DNA of 58,056 nt. Source: an uncultured Mycoplasma sp. GTDB lineage: Bacteria; Bacillota_I; Bacilli_A; RF39; UBA660. Both the position numbers and the translations under genes were made by a program. Positions 37,520 to 45,659 of this stretch are shown piece after piece (positions within the stretch are counted from its first letter, which is position 1; every line of letters starts with the position of its first letter). Location: positions 1-58,056 of the forward strand of contig CAMEEZ010000003.1 in the NCBI GenBank assembly GCA_945915275.1, in the 5' to 3' direction. Below the pieces are notes generated by a model, which was not told the origin of the DNA, made no database searches, and was given only the letters and a program-made list of their open reading frames with translations.

Positions 37520-38236
37520 CTAATAATTAATTATATTGTTTAAAGACCAAACTCTTTTTACAATTTCTTTTATTCCTGTACCACAATAAGTACATATTTT
37601 TACTCCGGTATGTTTTACTGGAGCTCCACAATTTGGACAATTAAGTCCTAAAGTTTTTATTTCAATATCAACTTTACTTTCATCTATAACATAGACATAT
37701 TCTATTCTAAAGCGATCTTGAATTTTTTTACCAATTTCACTACCCTTTTTACAGAAATACTCCAAGCTTGTTTGAAATTGTATTGTTGCAATACTTTCAC
37801 TTTTCTCATATTTACTAATTGAAGTTTTGTGAAATTTAACTGAATCGAAATGAACTTCTTCTTTTAAATCTTCTATTTTACTTTTTATCCACGAATTAAT
37901 TTTACAATTAAATTTTTTTGTTGGAATTTGTTTAGTTTCAATACTATTTAAACATTCTAAAATAGCGCTTTCTGCCATACCTTTTAATTCGTAGATATTT
38001 AAATCTGGATAATCTTTTTTTATTTTTGATAAATATAAATTTTCCATACTTGAAATTGATTTGGGTGTTTCACTAGCTAATATTTTGCTTTTTTCAATTG
38101 CTTCTTTTAAATCAGATGTTCCAAAATATTTGTTAATAAACTGTCTTAATTTAATCTTTATGAAAAAATAAAAAGCTAAAATTATTCCGATTATCAAAAA
38201 TATTAATACTAAATTAATTATTAATTTTGTAGTCAT
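37520..38236 (-). CDS. TM + Tim44/NTF2-like domain + C-terminal zinc ribbon protein
   Basis: TM LIINLVLIFLIIGIILAFYFFI, a ~150-aa alpha+beta domain and CPNCGAPVKHTGVKICTYCGT. The Tim44-like assignment is only by pattern. Confidence 0.55.
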   Translation of the reverse strand: MTTKLIINLVLIFLIIGIILAFYFFIKIKLRQFINKYFGTSDLKEAIEKSKILASETPKSISSMENLYLSKIKKDYPDLNIYELKGMAESAILECLNSIETKQIPTKKFNCKINSWIKSKIEDLKEEVHFDSVKFHKTSISKYEKSESIATIQFQTSLEYFCKKGSEIGKKIQDRFRIEYVYVIDESKVDIEIKTLGLNCPNCGAPVKHTGVKICTYCGTGIKEIVKRVWSLNNIINY

Positions 38237-38363
38237 TAATACTTGCCTATAGCATTCCCACTTCCTTTACATAGAGATTTAAATTCAATATACACTCCTA
38301 TTCTATTAAAATTATATCATATTTATAAAAATATAAAATAATTTTGTAAATGATTTTACGTAA

Positions 38364-38390
38364 ACAAAAAAAGTTGTTACAAAACAACTT
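38364..38390 (-). terminator. serS intrinsic terminator
   Basis: AAGTTGTT-ACAA-AACAACTT abuts the serS stop. On the minus strand it is followed by TTTTTGT. Confidence 0.7.
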
Positions 38391-38391
38391 T

Positions 38392-39669
38392 TTATTTAAT
38401 AACTTCTAATCCTCCCATATAAGGTCTTAATGCTACTGGAATTTTTATACTTCCATCTTCTTGATAATTATTTTCTAGAAACGCTATTAATCCTCTTGGA
38501 GTAGCTAAAACTGTATTATTAAGAGTGGATACATAATAGTTTTCTTTTTCACCCTTAGCTCTAATTCCTAAGCGCCTTGCCTGAGCATCTCCTAATGTTG
38601 AACAAGATCCAACTTCAAAATATTTCTTTTGTCTTGGACTCCATGCTTCAATATCACATGATTTAACTTTTAAATCTGCTAAATCTCCAGAACAACATTC
38701 TAATGTTCTTACAGGAATATCTAAACTTCTAAAGAATTCAACAGTGTATTTCCACATTTTTTCATACCATTCCATAGCTTCTTCTGGTTTACATAGAACT
38801 ACCATTTCTTGTTTTTCAAATTGATGAACACGATAGATTCCTCTTTCTTCTAGTCCGTGAGCTCCAACTTCTTTTCTAAAGCATGGAGAGTAACTTGTCA
38901 TTGTAATGGGTAGAGTTTCTTCTTTAATTAATTGTCCTTTGTATCTTCCAATCATAGAATGTTCACTAGTTCCAATTAAGAATAAATCCTCACCTTCAAT
39001 TTTATACATCATCGCATCCATTTCAGCAAAAGACATTACTCCATCAACAACATCTCCTCTAATCATGAATGGTGGAACACAATAAGTAAAACCTTTATCA
39101 ATCATAAAATCTCTTGCATATGATAACATTGCTGAATGAAGTCTCGCTATATTTCCAGTTAAATAATAAAAGCCATTACCACTTACTCTACCTGCGCTCT
39201 CTTTGTCTAGTCCAGATAATTTTTCACAAATATCAGCATGATATGGGATTTCATATTCTGGAACTATAGGTTCTCCAAAACGTTCATTTTCCACATTTTC
39301 ACTATCATCTTTTCCAACAGGAACTGATGCATCTATGATATTTGGTATTTTCATCATATTTTCTCGAAGTTCTAATCTTAATTTTTCTTCTTCTTCTTCA
39401 ATAGTTTTTAATTCTTCATTAATATTTACAACTTCTTGTTTCTTTTCATTAGCTTTATCAATTTCCTTATTTCTAAATAGAGCACCAATTTCATCACTTA
39501 TCTTATTTCTTTGACTACGAAGTTCATCGCCATGTAATTTTAAATTTCTAATACTTTCATCTTGTTCAAGAATTTCGTCTAATAATAATATTTTATCTTC
39601 TTGAAATTTCTTTTTTAAATTTTCAATAACTAATTCTTTATTTTCTCTAATTAATTTAATATCTATCAT
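38392..39669 (-). CDS. serS: seryl-tRNA synthetase
   Basis: N-terminal coiled-coil arm (MIDIKLIRENKE...). Class II motifs FRKEVGAHGLEERGIYRVHQFEKQE and GSCSTLGDAQARRLGIR. A Ser T-box lies upstream. Confidence 0.95.
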   Translation of the reverse strand: MIDIKLIRENKELVIENLKKKFQEDKILLLDEILEQDESIRNLKLHGDELRSQRNKISDEIGALFRNKEIDKANEKKQEVVNINEELKTIEEEEEKLRLELRENMMKIPNIIDASVPVGKDDSENVENERFGEPIVPEYEIPYHADICEKLSGLDKESAGRVSGNGFYYLTGNIARLHSAMLSYARDFMIDKGFTYCVPPFMIRGDVVDGVMSFAEMDAMMYKIEGEDLFLIGTSEHSMIGRYKGQLIKEETLPITMTSYSPCFRKEVGAHGLEERGIYRVHQFEKQEMVVLCKPEEAMEWYEKMWKYTVEFFRSLDIPVRTLECCSGDLADLKVKSCDIEAWSPRQKKYFEVGSCSTLGDAQARRLGIRAKGEKENYYVSTLNNTVLATPRGLIAFLENNYQEDGSIKIPVALRPYMGGLEVIK

Positions 39670-39671
39670 AT

Positions 39672-39850
39672 TAACCTCTTTCTAAAATAAAAAGGATAAT
39701 ACCTTAGGAGTCATAAAGACGGTACCATCCTATTATTCGCTTAATTTTTTGATAACGGAATCACCCGGAGTTTTTTGACTCATTTGAAAAGTAGATTCAT
39801 TAATAATAATTCTTAGTTTTCACCATCCACTAAGTCTCTATGAAACATCT
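39672..39850 (-). promoter_or_regulatory. T-box leader, Ser specifier (UCU)
   Basis: Minus strand reads AGAGACTTAGTGGATGGTGAAAAC (stem I), ...GAATCTACTTTTC... with TCT at 39793-39795 followed by A, the T-box core TAGGATGGTACCG, and a terminator plus TTTTTATTTT before the serS ATG. Confidence 0.85.
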
Positions 39851-39951
39851 TATTAATTACTATTCTTTTCGCTTCATTTTATAAGTTTAATATAACATTA
39901 ATCTAATATTTTTTCAATTATTTTTTATAAAAAAAGAGTTTTTTCAAACTC

Positions 39952-41694
39952 TTATAATAGGAACAACATTATGTATACAACAATTAAACATAGTAACATT
40001 CCAACTGCAAATTTCCAAATATATTTTAACCAATCTTTATATTCAACTTTTGTATAAGTTAAACCAGCAACAAGTAAAATACTAGTTGGAGCCAAGAATG
40101 ATACAAATCCAAACATAGTTAAATAAATTAATACAACAATGTTCAAATAAGCACTAAATCCGGAAATAATATACCCTGATAATTGATATCCTGTATACAT
40201 TAAGTCTGAATGGAATATTGAAGTGATAAACGCTGAAAGAATATTAGCTCCTACATTATAATCAGTATCAACATTTACATCTGCATAACCATCTTGGTTA
40301 GAATCATAATTTAATACTGAAGTGCTAGTAAATGTTTCTAATAATTCTTCATCACTTTCGCCAATTTCTCCATTACCATCAAAATCTAAATATTTATCTG
40401 GATATCCATCACCATCTGAATCACAGTTTAAATCGCATTTTCCATCTTTATCTGTATCCTGATTGATTTTATTTTCATCAGCTTTTAAATCCCCATCAGT
40501 ATCTATATTGAAGAATGCCATTCCACTACCTTTATAATCTATATTAATTTCTGGTTTACCTTCAATTGGCATTATTTTATTTGTTATTGTAGCCATCATT
40601 GGAGAAAAATAGAATGTAATGTATACTGCATAAGAACAAAATACTGCAAATGCAACTAATCCCATTTTCTTTAGTCCGTATAACACTGCATCATAAATTT
40701 TATTAAAGTTTAATCTATAAACTATAATTAATACTATTGCAAAGAATAATAATACTGCAATTAAGGAATACATATTCCATGTTGGGTATGTTTCTGCTTG
40801 GTTTCCGAATGGTGCTAACGAACTACCTAATAAATAATAGATTAATGTGAAATCTTTACCAATTGTTAAATTAACTAGCCATTCATGAAATTTATTAAAT
40901 ATTTCAATCCCAAAATATCCATTCCAATCAATAATTCCTAAAATAGTTATTATTGCTAAAACAGATAAAATTATAATTAATGGTAAACTTCTTGTTTTTT
41001 CTTTAGTAGATTCTATTTCAAATAAATCTTCTTTAGATTCATCAACTTTATCTTTTAAAACCTTTTTTATATGTACTATTGTAAAGAAATTAAATAATAA
41101 TAAAGCAACTACTAAAATTAAAACTCTATATATCATATCTACTTCTAATAAATTAAATGCAGATTGTTGAGATATATAATAATTAAACCATGTTAACGCA
41201 TCTGATCCAAATGTAGCTCCCAAAGTTCCAACTAACATTGAACCAAAAGTTACCACAAATGCAGTTATTTTATCTAATTTCATCTTTAAAATAATATTAA
41301 TAATAAATGGAACAAATAAAAGTACTGCAAATGTCATAGTACTCATAGATGTTAAAACAGCGATAAATACAGAAACTAATACAGTAAATATTATTTCTTT
41401 ACCTTTTAGTCCTTTTGCTATCTTTTCAACTAATTGTTGATAAGCTGGAATCTTTGTTAAAATTCCATAAAAAACTCCAAGTATTAATAAAAATAATATT
41501 TTGTCAATACTCATTGCTAACATGTAATAAACTAAATTTCCGGCATCTGTTAAACCAAGTCTAACTAATCCAGTTTCTACATATTCACTACCATTAAAAG
41601 AACCTGCTGGGATTATCCAAGTTAATATTAATGCTAGTATAAATAAAATTCCTAATGATTTTCCTAAACTATGTTTTTCAAAAAACTTTTTCAT
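39952..41694 (-). CDS. YfcC-family (AbgT/DcuC-like) membrane transporter with inserted acidic DxDxDG repeat loop
   Basis: The N-terminus KSLGILFILALILTWIIPAGSF is YfcC-like and there are >10 TM helices. Residues ~378-480 read DTDGDLKADENKINQDTDKDGKCDLNCDSDGDGYPDKYLDFDGNGEIGESD...DSNQDGYADVNVDTD. Confidence 0.65.
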   Translation of the reverse strand: MKKFFEKHSLGKSLGILFILALILTWIIPAGSFNGSEYVETGLVRLGLTDAGNLVYYMLAMSIDKILFLLILGVFYGILTKIPAYQQLVEKIAKGLKGKEIIFTVLVSVFIAVLTSMSTMTFAVLLFVPFIINIILKMKLDKITAFVVTFGSMLVGTLGATFGSDALTWFNYYISQQSAFNLLEVDMIYRVLILVVALLLFNFFTIVHIKKVLKDKVDESKEDLFEIESTKEKTRSLPLIIILSVLAIITILGIIDWNGYFGIEIFNKFHEWLVNLTIGKDFTLIYYLLGSSLAPFGNQAETYPTWNMYSLIAVLLFFAIVLIIVYRLNFNKIYDAVLYGLKKMGLVAFAVFCSYAVYITFYFSPMMATITNKIMPIEGKPEINIDYKGSGMAFFNIDTDGDLKADENKINQDTDKDGKCDLNCDSDGDGYPDKYLDFDGNGEIGESDEELLETFTSTSVLNYDSNQDGYADVNVDTDYNVGANILSAFITSIFHSDLMYTGYQLSGYIISGFSAYLNIVVLIYLTMFGFVSFLAPTSILLVAGLTYTKVEYKDWLKYIWKFAVGMLLCLIVVYIMLFLL

Positions 41695-41732
41695 TTCTAC
41701 CTCCTATTAGCTAGTATACCACTAGAATTTGG

Positions 41733-41786
41733 CAAAAAAAAGACTTTTATGTCGTTTTTTTATGAAAAAAACTTCATAAAAGACTT
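41733..41786 (-). terminator. lysS intrinsic terminator (long hairpin)
   Basis: AAGACTTTTATG (41740-41751) pairs with CATAAAAGACTT (41775-41786). On the minus strand it is followed by TTTTTTTG. Confidence 0.6.
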
Positions 41787-43254
41787 ATTCGTTTGGTCTC
41801 ATCAATGGATACATTACAACATCTTTAATATTATCACTATTTGTTAATAATTGAATTAAACGATCAATTCCCATTCCCCAGCCTGATATTGGAGGCATAC
41901 CATATTCCATAGCATTAATATAATCATAATCCATATCCATAGCTTCTTCATCTCCATGAGCTTTCATTTCTGCTTGTTCTAATAAACGTTTTTCTTGTTC
42001 TTGAGGGTCAATAAGCTCTGAAAAACCATTTACTATTTCAGCTCCATTTATCACTAATTGGAAACGATCAGTTATTTCAGGTCTATCATCATTTGCTCGA
42101 GCTAATGGTGATAAACTTGTTGGATGTTCAGTTAAATATACTGGACCTAGCATATGAGGACGAGCGACTTTTTTATATAAATAATCAACTAAATTTCCAA
42201 AACCTAAATTTTCAATTGGAGTTTCACTTTCTAGTTCTATTTTTTCATCTATTATTTTTTGTAATAACTTTTCTTTAGTATTATATTCAAAAATATCAAT
42301 GTTAGCGTATTTAATAATTAACTCTCTAAATGAAACTTTTGGCCAATCTCCAGATAAATCAACCATCTTATCTCCGACTTGAATATTTAATGTTCCATAT
42401 AATTTCATTATAATTGTTTGTAACATATTTTGAATTAATTTCATATTATCTTCATAATTATAATACGATTGATAAGCTTCAACCATAGTAAAATCTTGTA
42501 AATGAGTTGCATCCATTCCTTCATTTCTAAAACAACGAGCAACTTCATAAACCTTTGGGATTCCGGCAACTACACTTCTTTTCATATATGTTTCAGGAGC
42601 AATTCTTAAATAAACATCCATATCAAGAGCATTATGATGAGCAACAAATGGTCTTGCTACTGCTCCACTTGGTTTGCTATTTAAAATTGGAGTTTCAACT
42701 TCATAATATCCCAAATCATCTAAATAGCGACGTAACTCTCTCACAAATGTTATTCTTGTTAAGAAGCGCTTTCTAGTATCTTCATTCATTATCATATCTA
42801 CATAACGATGACGATAACATAACTCTGGATCAGTAAGTCCATGGAATTTATCTGGTAGTGGTTTTAATGCTTTGCCTAAAAAAGTTAATTCGCTCGCTCT
42901 TAAAGTTTTTTCTCCTGTGTGAGTTGTAAACATTTCACCTTTTACTCCAATAAAGTCTCCTAAATCTATTAGATTTTTGAAAAACTCGTACTTTTCTTCA
43001 CCAATCAAATCAATTTTAATTGATACTTGTAAATCTGCTTCAATATCTCTTAGTTTAACAAAACTTAATTTTCCCATTTTACGCATAAATACAATTCTTC
43101 CAGCTACACTTACATTATTTGTTTCATCTTCTAAAAGTCCAGCTTCTTTTAAAGAATGAGTAACATCATATTTTTCAGGATACGGGTTACATACTTTTCT
43201 TATTTCTTCTACTTTTTCTCTTCTTACTAATTCTTGTTCCGAAAAATTTCTCAT
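41785..43254 (-). CDS. lysS: lysyl-tRNA synthetase, class II
   Basis: OB anticodon-binding domain (VSVAGRIVFMRKMGKLSFVKLRD), motif 2 FRNEGMDATHLQDFTMVE and motif 3 GWGMGIDRL. Start placed at MRNFSEQE (AAAGGAAGTGA upstream). Confidence 0.93.
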   Translation of the reverse strand: MRNFSEQELVRREKVEEIRKVCNPYPEKYDVTHSLKEAGLLEDETNNVSVAGRIVFMRKMGKLSFVKLRDIEADLQVSIKIDLIGEEKYEFFKNLIDLGDFIGVKGEMFTTHTGEKTLRASELTFLGKALKPLPDKFHGLTDPELCYRHRYVDMIMNEDTRKRFLTRITFVRELRRYLDDLGYYEVETPILNSKPSGAVARPFVAHHNALDMDVYLRIAPETYMKRSVVAGIPKVYEVARCFRNEGMDATHLQDFTMVEAYQSYYNYEDNMKLIQNMLQTIIMKLYGTLNIQVGDKMVDLSGDWPKVSFRELIIKYANIDIFEYNTKEKLLQKIIDEKIELESETPIENLGFGNLVDYLYKKVARPHMLGPVYLTEHPTSLSPLARANDDRPEITDRFQLVINGAEIVNGFSELIDPQEQEKRLLEQAEMKAHGDEEAMDMDYDYINAMEYGMPPISGWGMGIDRLIQLLTNSDNIKDVVMYPLMRPNE

Positions 43255-43283
43255 AAAATTCACTTCCTTTCAGTATAATAACA

Positions 43284-43309
43284 TAAAAAAAGCCTTTAAT
43301 AAAGGCTTA
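43284..43309 (-). terminator. intrinsic terminator after 43307-43882
   Basis: AGCCTTT-AAT-AAAGGCT overlaps the stop. A T-run follows on the minus strand. Confidence 0.65.
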
Positions 43310-43882
43310 AATTTTATACATTTTTGTTTTTTTCTTAGAAGTAGCTAAAACCGTAACTACTCCAACAGCGCCTATAGCTAGAGCAATATATGGAACCGCA
43401 TATCCAGTATCAGTAACCTTACTATCATCAGATCCTGTACCTTCTGAAGAAGTGCTTTTCCATTCTGGTATAATATCTCCACCACAATCAGAATCCGTTA
43501 GTGTTGCATCAGCATTCCAAGTTACTGTTCCTAATACAGCTGTTTCTCCCGCTGCTATTGGTTCAACATTTAATACATAAACATGTTCAGTTTCATTTGC
43601 ACTATTTTGTTTAGCATAACTTGAGTTAACTACAAAAGAAACTGCAGTTGAATCTACTTTAGGGCTTAAAGTTAATGTTAATATTCCACCTTTAAAATCA
43701 GTTGTACCTGTATTTTTATATGCTATATCGCAAGTAGTAATTTTCTTTTTAGTTTTTGAATCAGTTTTAGTAACGCACTTATAGTCTCCTTGATTAATTA
43801 AATTTTGTAAATCGGCTTTAACATTCCAAGGAATTAAAATCATTGTCAATAAAGCAACTAGTACCATTAAACTTTTCTTCAT
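43307..43882 (-). CDS. small secreted surface protein with C-terminal sorting-signal-like tail (VTDTG)
   Basis: Signal peptide MKKSLMVLVALLTMILIPWNVKA. The C-terminus is KVTDTG-YAVPYIALAIGAVGVVTVLATS-KKKTKMYKI, i.e. motif, hydrophobic stretch and basic tail. Confidence 0.65.
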   Translation of the reverse strand: MKKSLMVLVALLTMILIPWNVKADLQNLINQGDYKCVTKTDSKTKKKITTCDIAYKNTGTTDFKGGILTLTLSPKVDSTAVSFVVNSSYAKQNSANETEHVYVLNVEPIAAGETAVLGTVTWNADATLTDSDCGGDIIPEWKSTSSEGTGSDDSKVTDTGYAVPYIALAIGAVGVVTVLATSKKKTKMYKI

Positions 43883-44015
43883 ATATAACCTCTCTCTTTC
43901 TCTACCTTTATTATGCTTTAATTATAACATAAAAATACAAAAATCAAAGTATTTTTTATAAAATATACTCAAAAACGTAAAGTTATGGTATACTATCATA
44001 TAGTAGGTGTTTCAT

Positions 44016-45626
44016 ATGAAGAAAATATTAATATCAATCAAAAAAAATTATTTAGCATTTTCCTATAAAAGGAACACTAATGCTATGCAAAAAAAATTAC
44101 TAAACACTAATATTATTTCTGATAACGAATTAGTATTTAGTGAAGATTATATAGAAAAAAACTTTAAAATTGTTGCTGCATTTTTAAAAGAAATATGTGA
44201 ACAATATAATATACATATAATTTCTTTTCAAAAAAATGAAATGTTTAATTTATTATTTGATTTATTTAAAAAAAATCCTTATATAAAAGTACTATATCTA
44301 TTCGAAGAAACTAGTTTACCTTACTATATATATGAAGGTATTATAAAAAACAATTATATAAAACAACTAAATTGTTATAATGTACCAACATTTATGATCG
44401 AACTTTTAGATAAACATGATATTGAAGTCACTTCTAGAAATGAAATACTATTTACAAGTCATTTTATGGAAGAAAATAATTTGACACAATTTAGTAAAAT
44501 TTTTTATAAAATTTCTGTTAAAATTAAACTTCCTGTATCAGAAAAAGATTTAGAAGATTTTGAAACATTTTGTAAAATAAATAAATATTTACGAACAATC
44601 CATTTAGAAAACACAAATATTGAAGATATAGATAAAATTCTTAAAATACTAAGAAAATGTAAAAATGGAGATATTAAATTATTGATTCATGACAATATTG
44701 TAGATGAAAAAATAATTTCAAATCTAAAGAAAATAAACAAAGCATCTAAAAAATATAAAATTTCTTTTAAATTAGTATATTCTGAAGACTATTTAAAGAA
44801 TAATGTTATTAATCAGTCTGTAGTTAGTATATTAAAAATATGTGGCACTATTATTGGATGTTTAATCTTTTCAGTAATAGGATATGTTTTGTATTCCAAT
44901 TATGATAGTATGACGAAAGATGTCCAGCTAAAAAAAGAAATAAATAAAGTCCTTGAAGAAGGAAAAACAGATGAAGAAAATCCTTTAGAAGAAAAAAATG
45001 AAGAAGTTGAAGAAGACCCTATTGCTGAGTCAGAGGAAAAAAAAGAACCAACATTAATCATATCTAATCAATATTTATCTTCTTTACTTACTATTAATGA
45101 TGATACTGTTGGATGGTTGAAAGTTAATAATACAAATATCGATTATCCTGTTGTCCAAGCTGAAGATAACGACTATTATTTAACCCGTAATTTTTATAAA
45201 AAGAATGATAAATCTGGATGGGTTTTTATGGATTATCGTAATGATTCAAGGGAATTAAATAAAAATACAATTTTTTATGCTCATAATAGATTTAGTAACG
45301 GAGTTATGTTTGGAACTTTACAAAATACAATGAAAAGTGATTGGTATACAAATCCTAATAATCAATATATTGAATTTGACACATTATATAAAAAGATGAA
45401 ATGGAAAATCTTCTCTATTTATAAAATTGAAGTTACCACAGATTATTTAAAAACAAGTTTTATAGATGATGAATCTTGGTTAGAATTTGCTAATATGTTA
45501 AAAAATAGAAGTATTTATAATTTTGGTGTTGAAATAAAACCGGAAGATAAAATTATAACATTATCTACCTGTATGGGTTCAAACAATCAATATAGATTAG
45601 TAGTACATGCAGTATTAGAACAGTAA
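44016..45626 (+). CDS. srtB: class B sortase with ~330-aa extra N-terminal region: ~270-aa cytoplasmic domain, TM helix, acidic linker
   Basis: The C-terminal ~200 aa read INDDTVGWLKVNNTNIDYPVVQAEDNDYYL...IFYAHN...IITLSTC...YRLVVHAVL (His, TLSTC Cys and Arg triad). TM VVSILKICGTIIGCLIFSVIGYVLY is at ~aa 270-295. The acidic linker is EENPLEEKNEEVEEDPIAESEEKKE. Confidence 0.8.
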   Translation: MKKILISIKKNYLAFSYKRNTNAMQKKLLNTNIISDNELVFSEDYIEKNFKIVAAFLKEICEQYNIHIISFQKNEMFNLLFDLFKKNPYIKVLYLFEETSLPYYIYEGIIKNNYIKQLNCYNVPTFMIELLDKHDIEVTSRNEILFTSHFMEENNLTQFSKIFYKISVKIKLPVSEKDLEDFETFCKINKYLRTIHLENTNIEDIDKILKILRKCKNGDIKLLIHDNIVDEKIISNLKKINKASKKYKISFKLVYSEDYLKNNVINQSVVSILKICGTIIGCLIFSVIGYVLYSNYDSMTKDVQLKKEINKVLEEGKTDEENPLEEKNEEVEEDPIAESEEKKEPTLIISNQYLSSLLTINDDTVGWLKVNNTNIDYPVVQAEDNDYYLTRNFYKKNDKSGWVFMDYRNDSRELNKNTIFYAHNRFSNGVMFGTLQNTMKSDWYTNPNNQYIEFDTLYKKMKWKIFSIYKIEVTTDYLKTSFIDDESWLEFANMLKNRSIYNFGVEIKPEDKIITLSTCMGSNNQYRLVVHAVLEQ

Positions 45627-45659
45627 AAAAGTTATGACATTGCTTTGCCATAACTTTTT

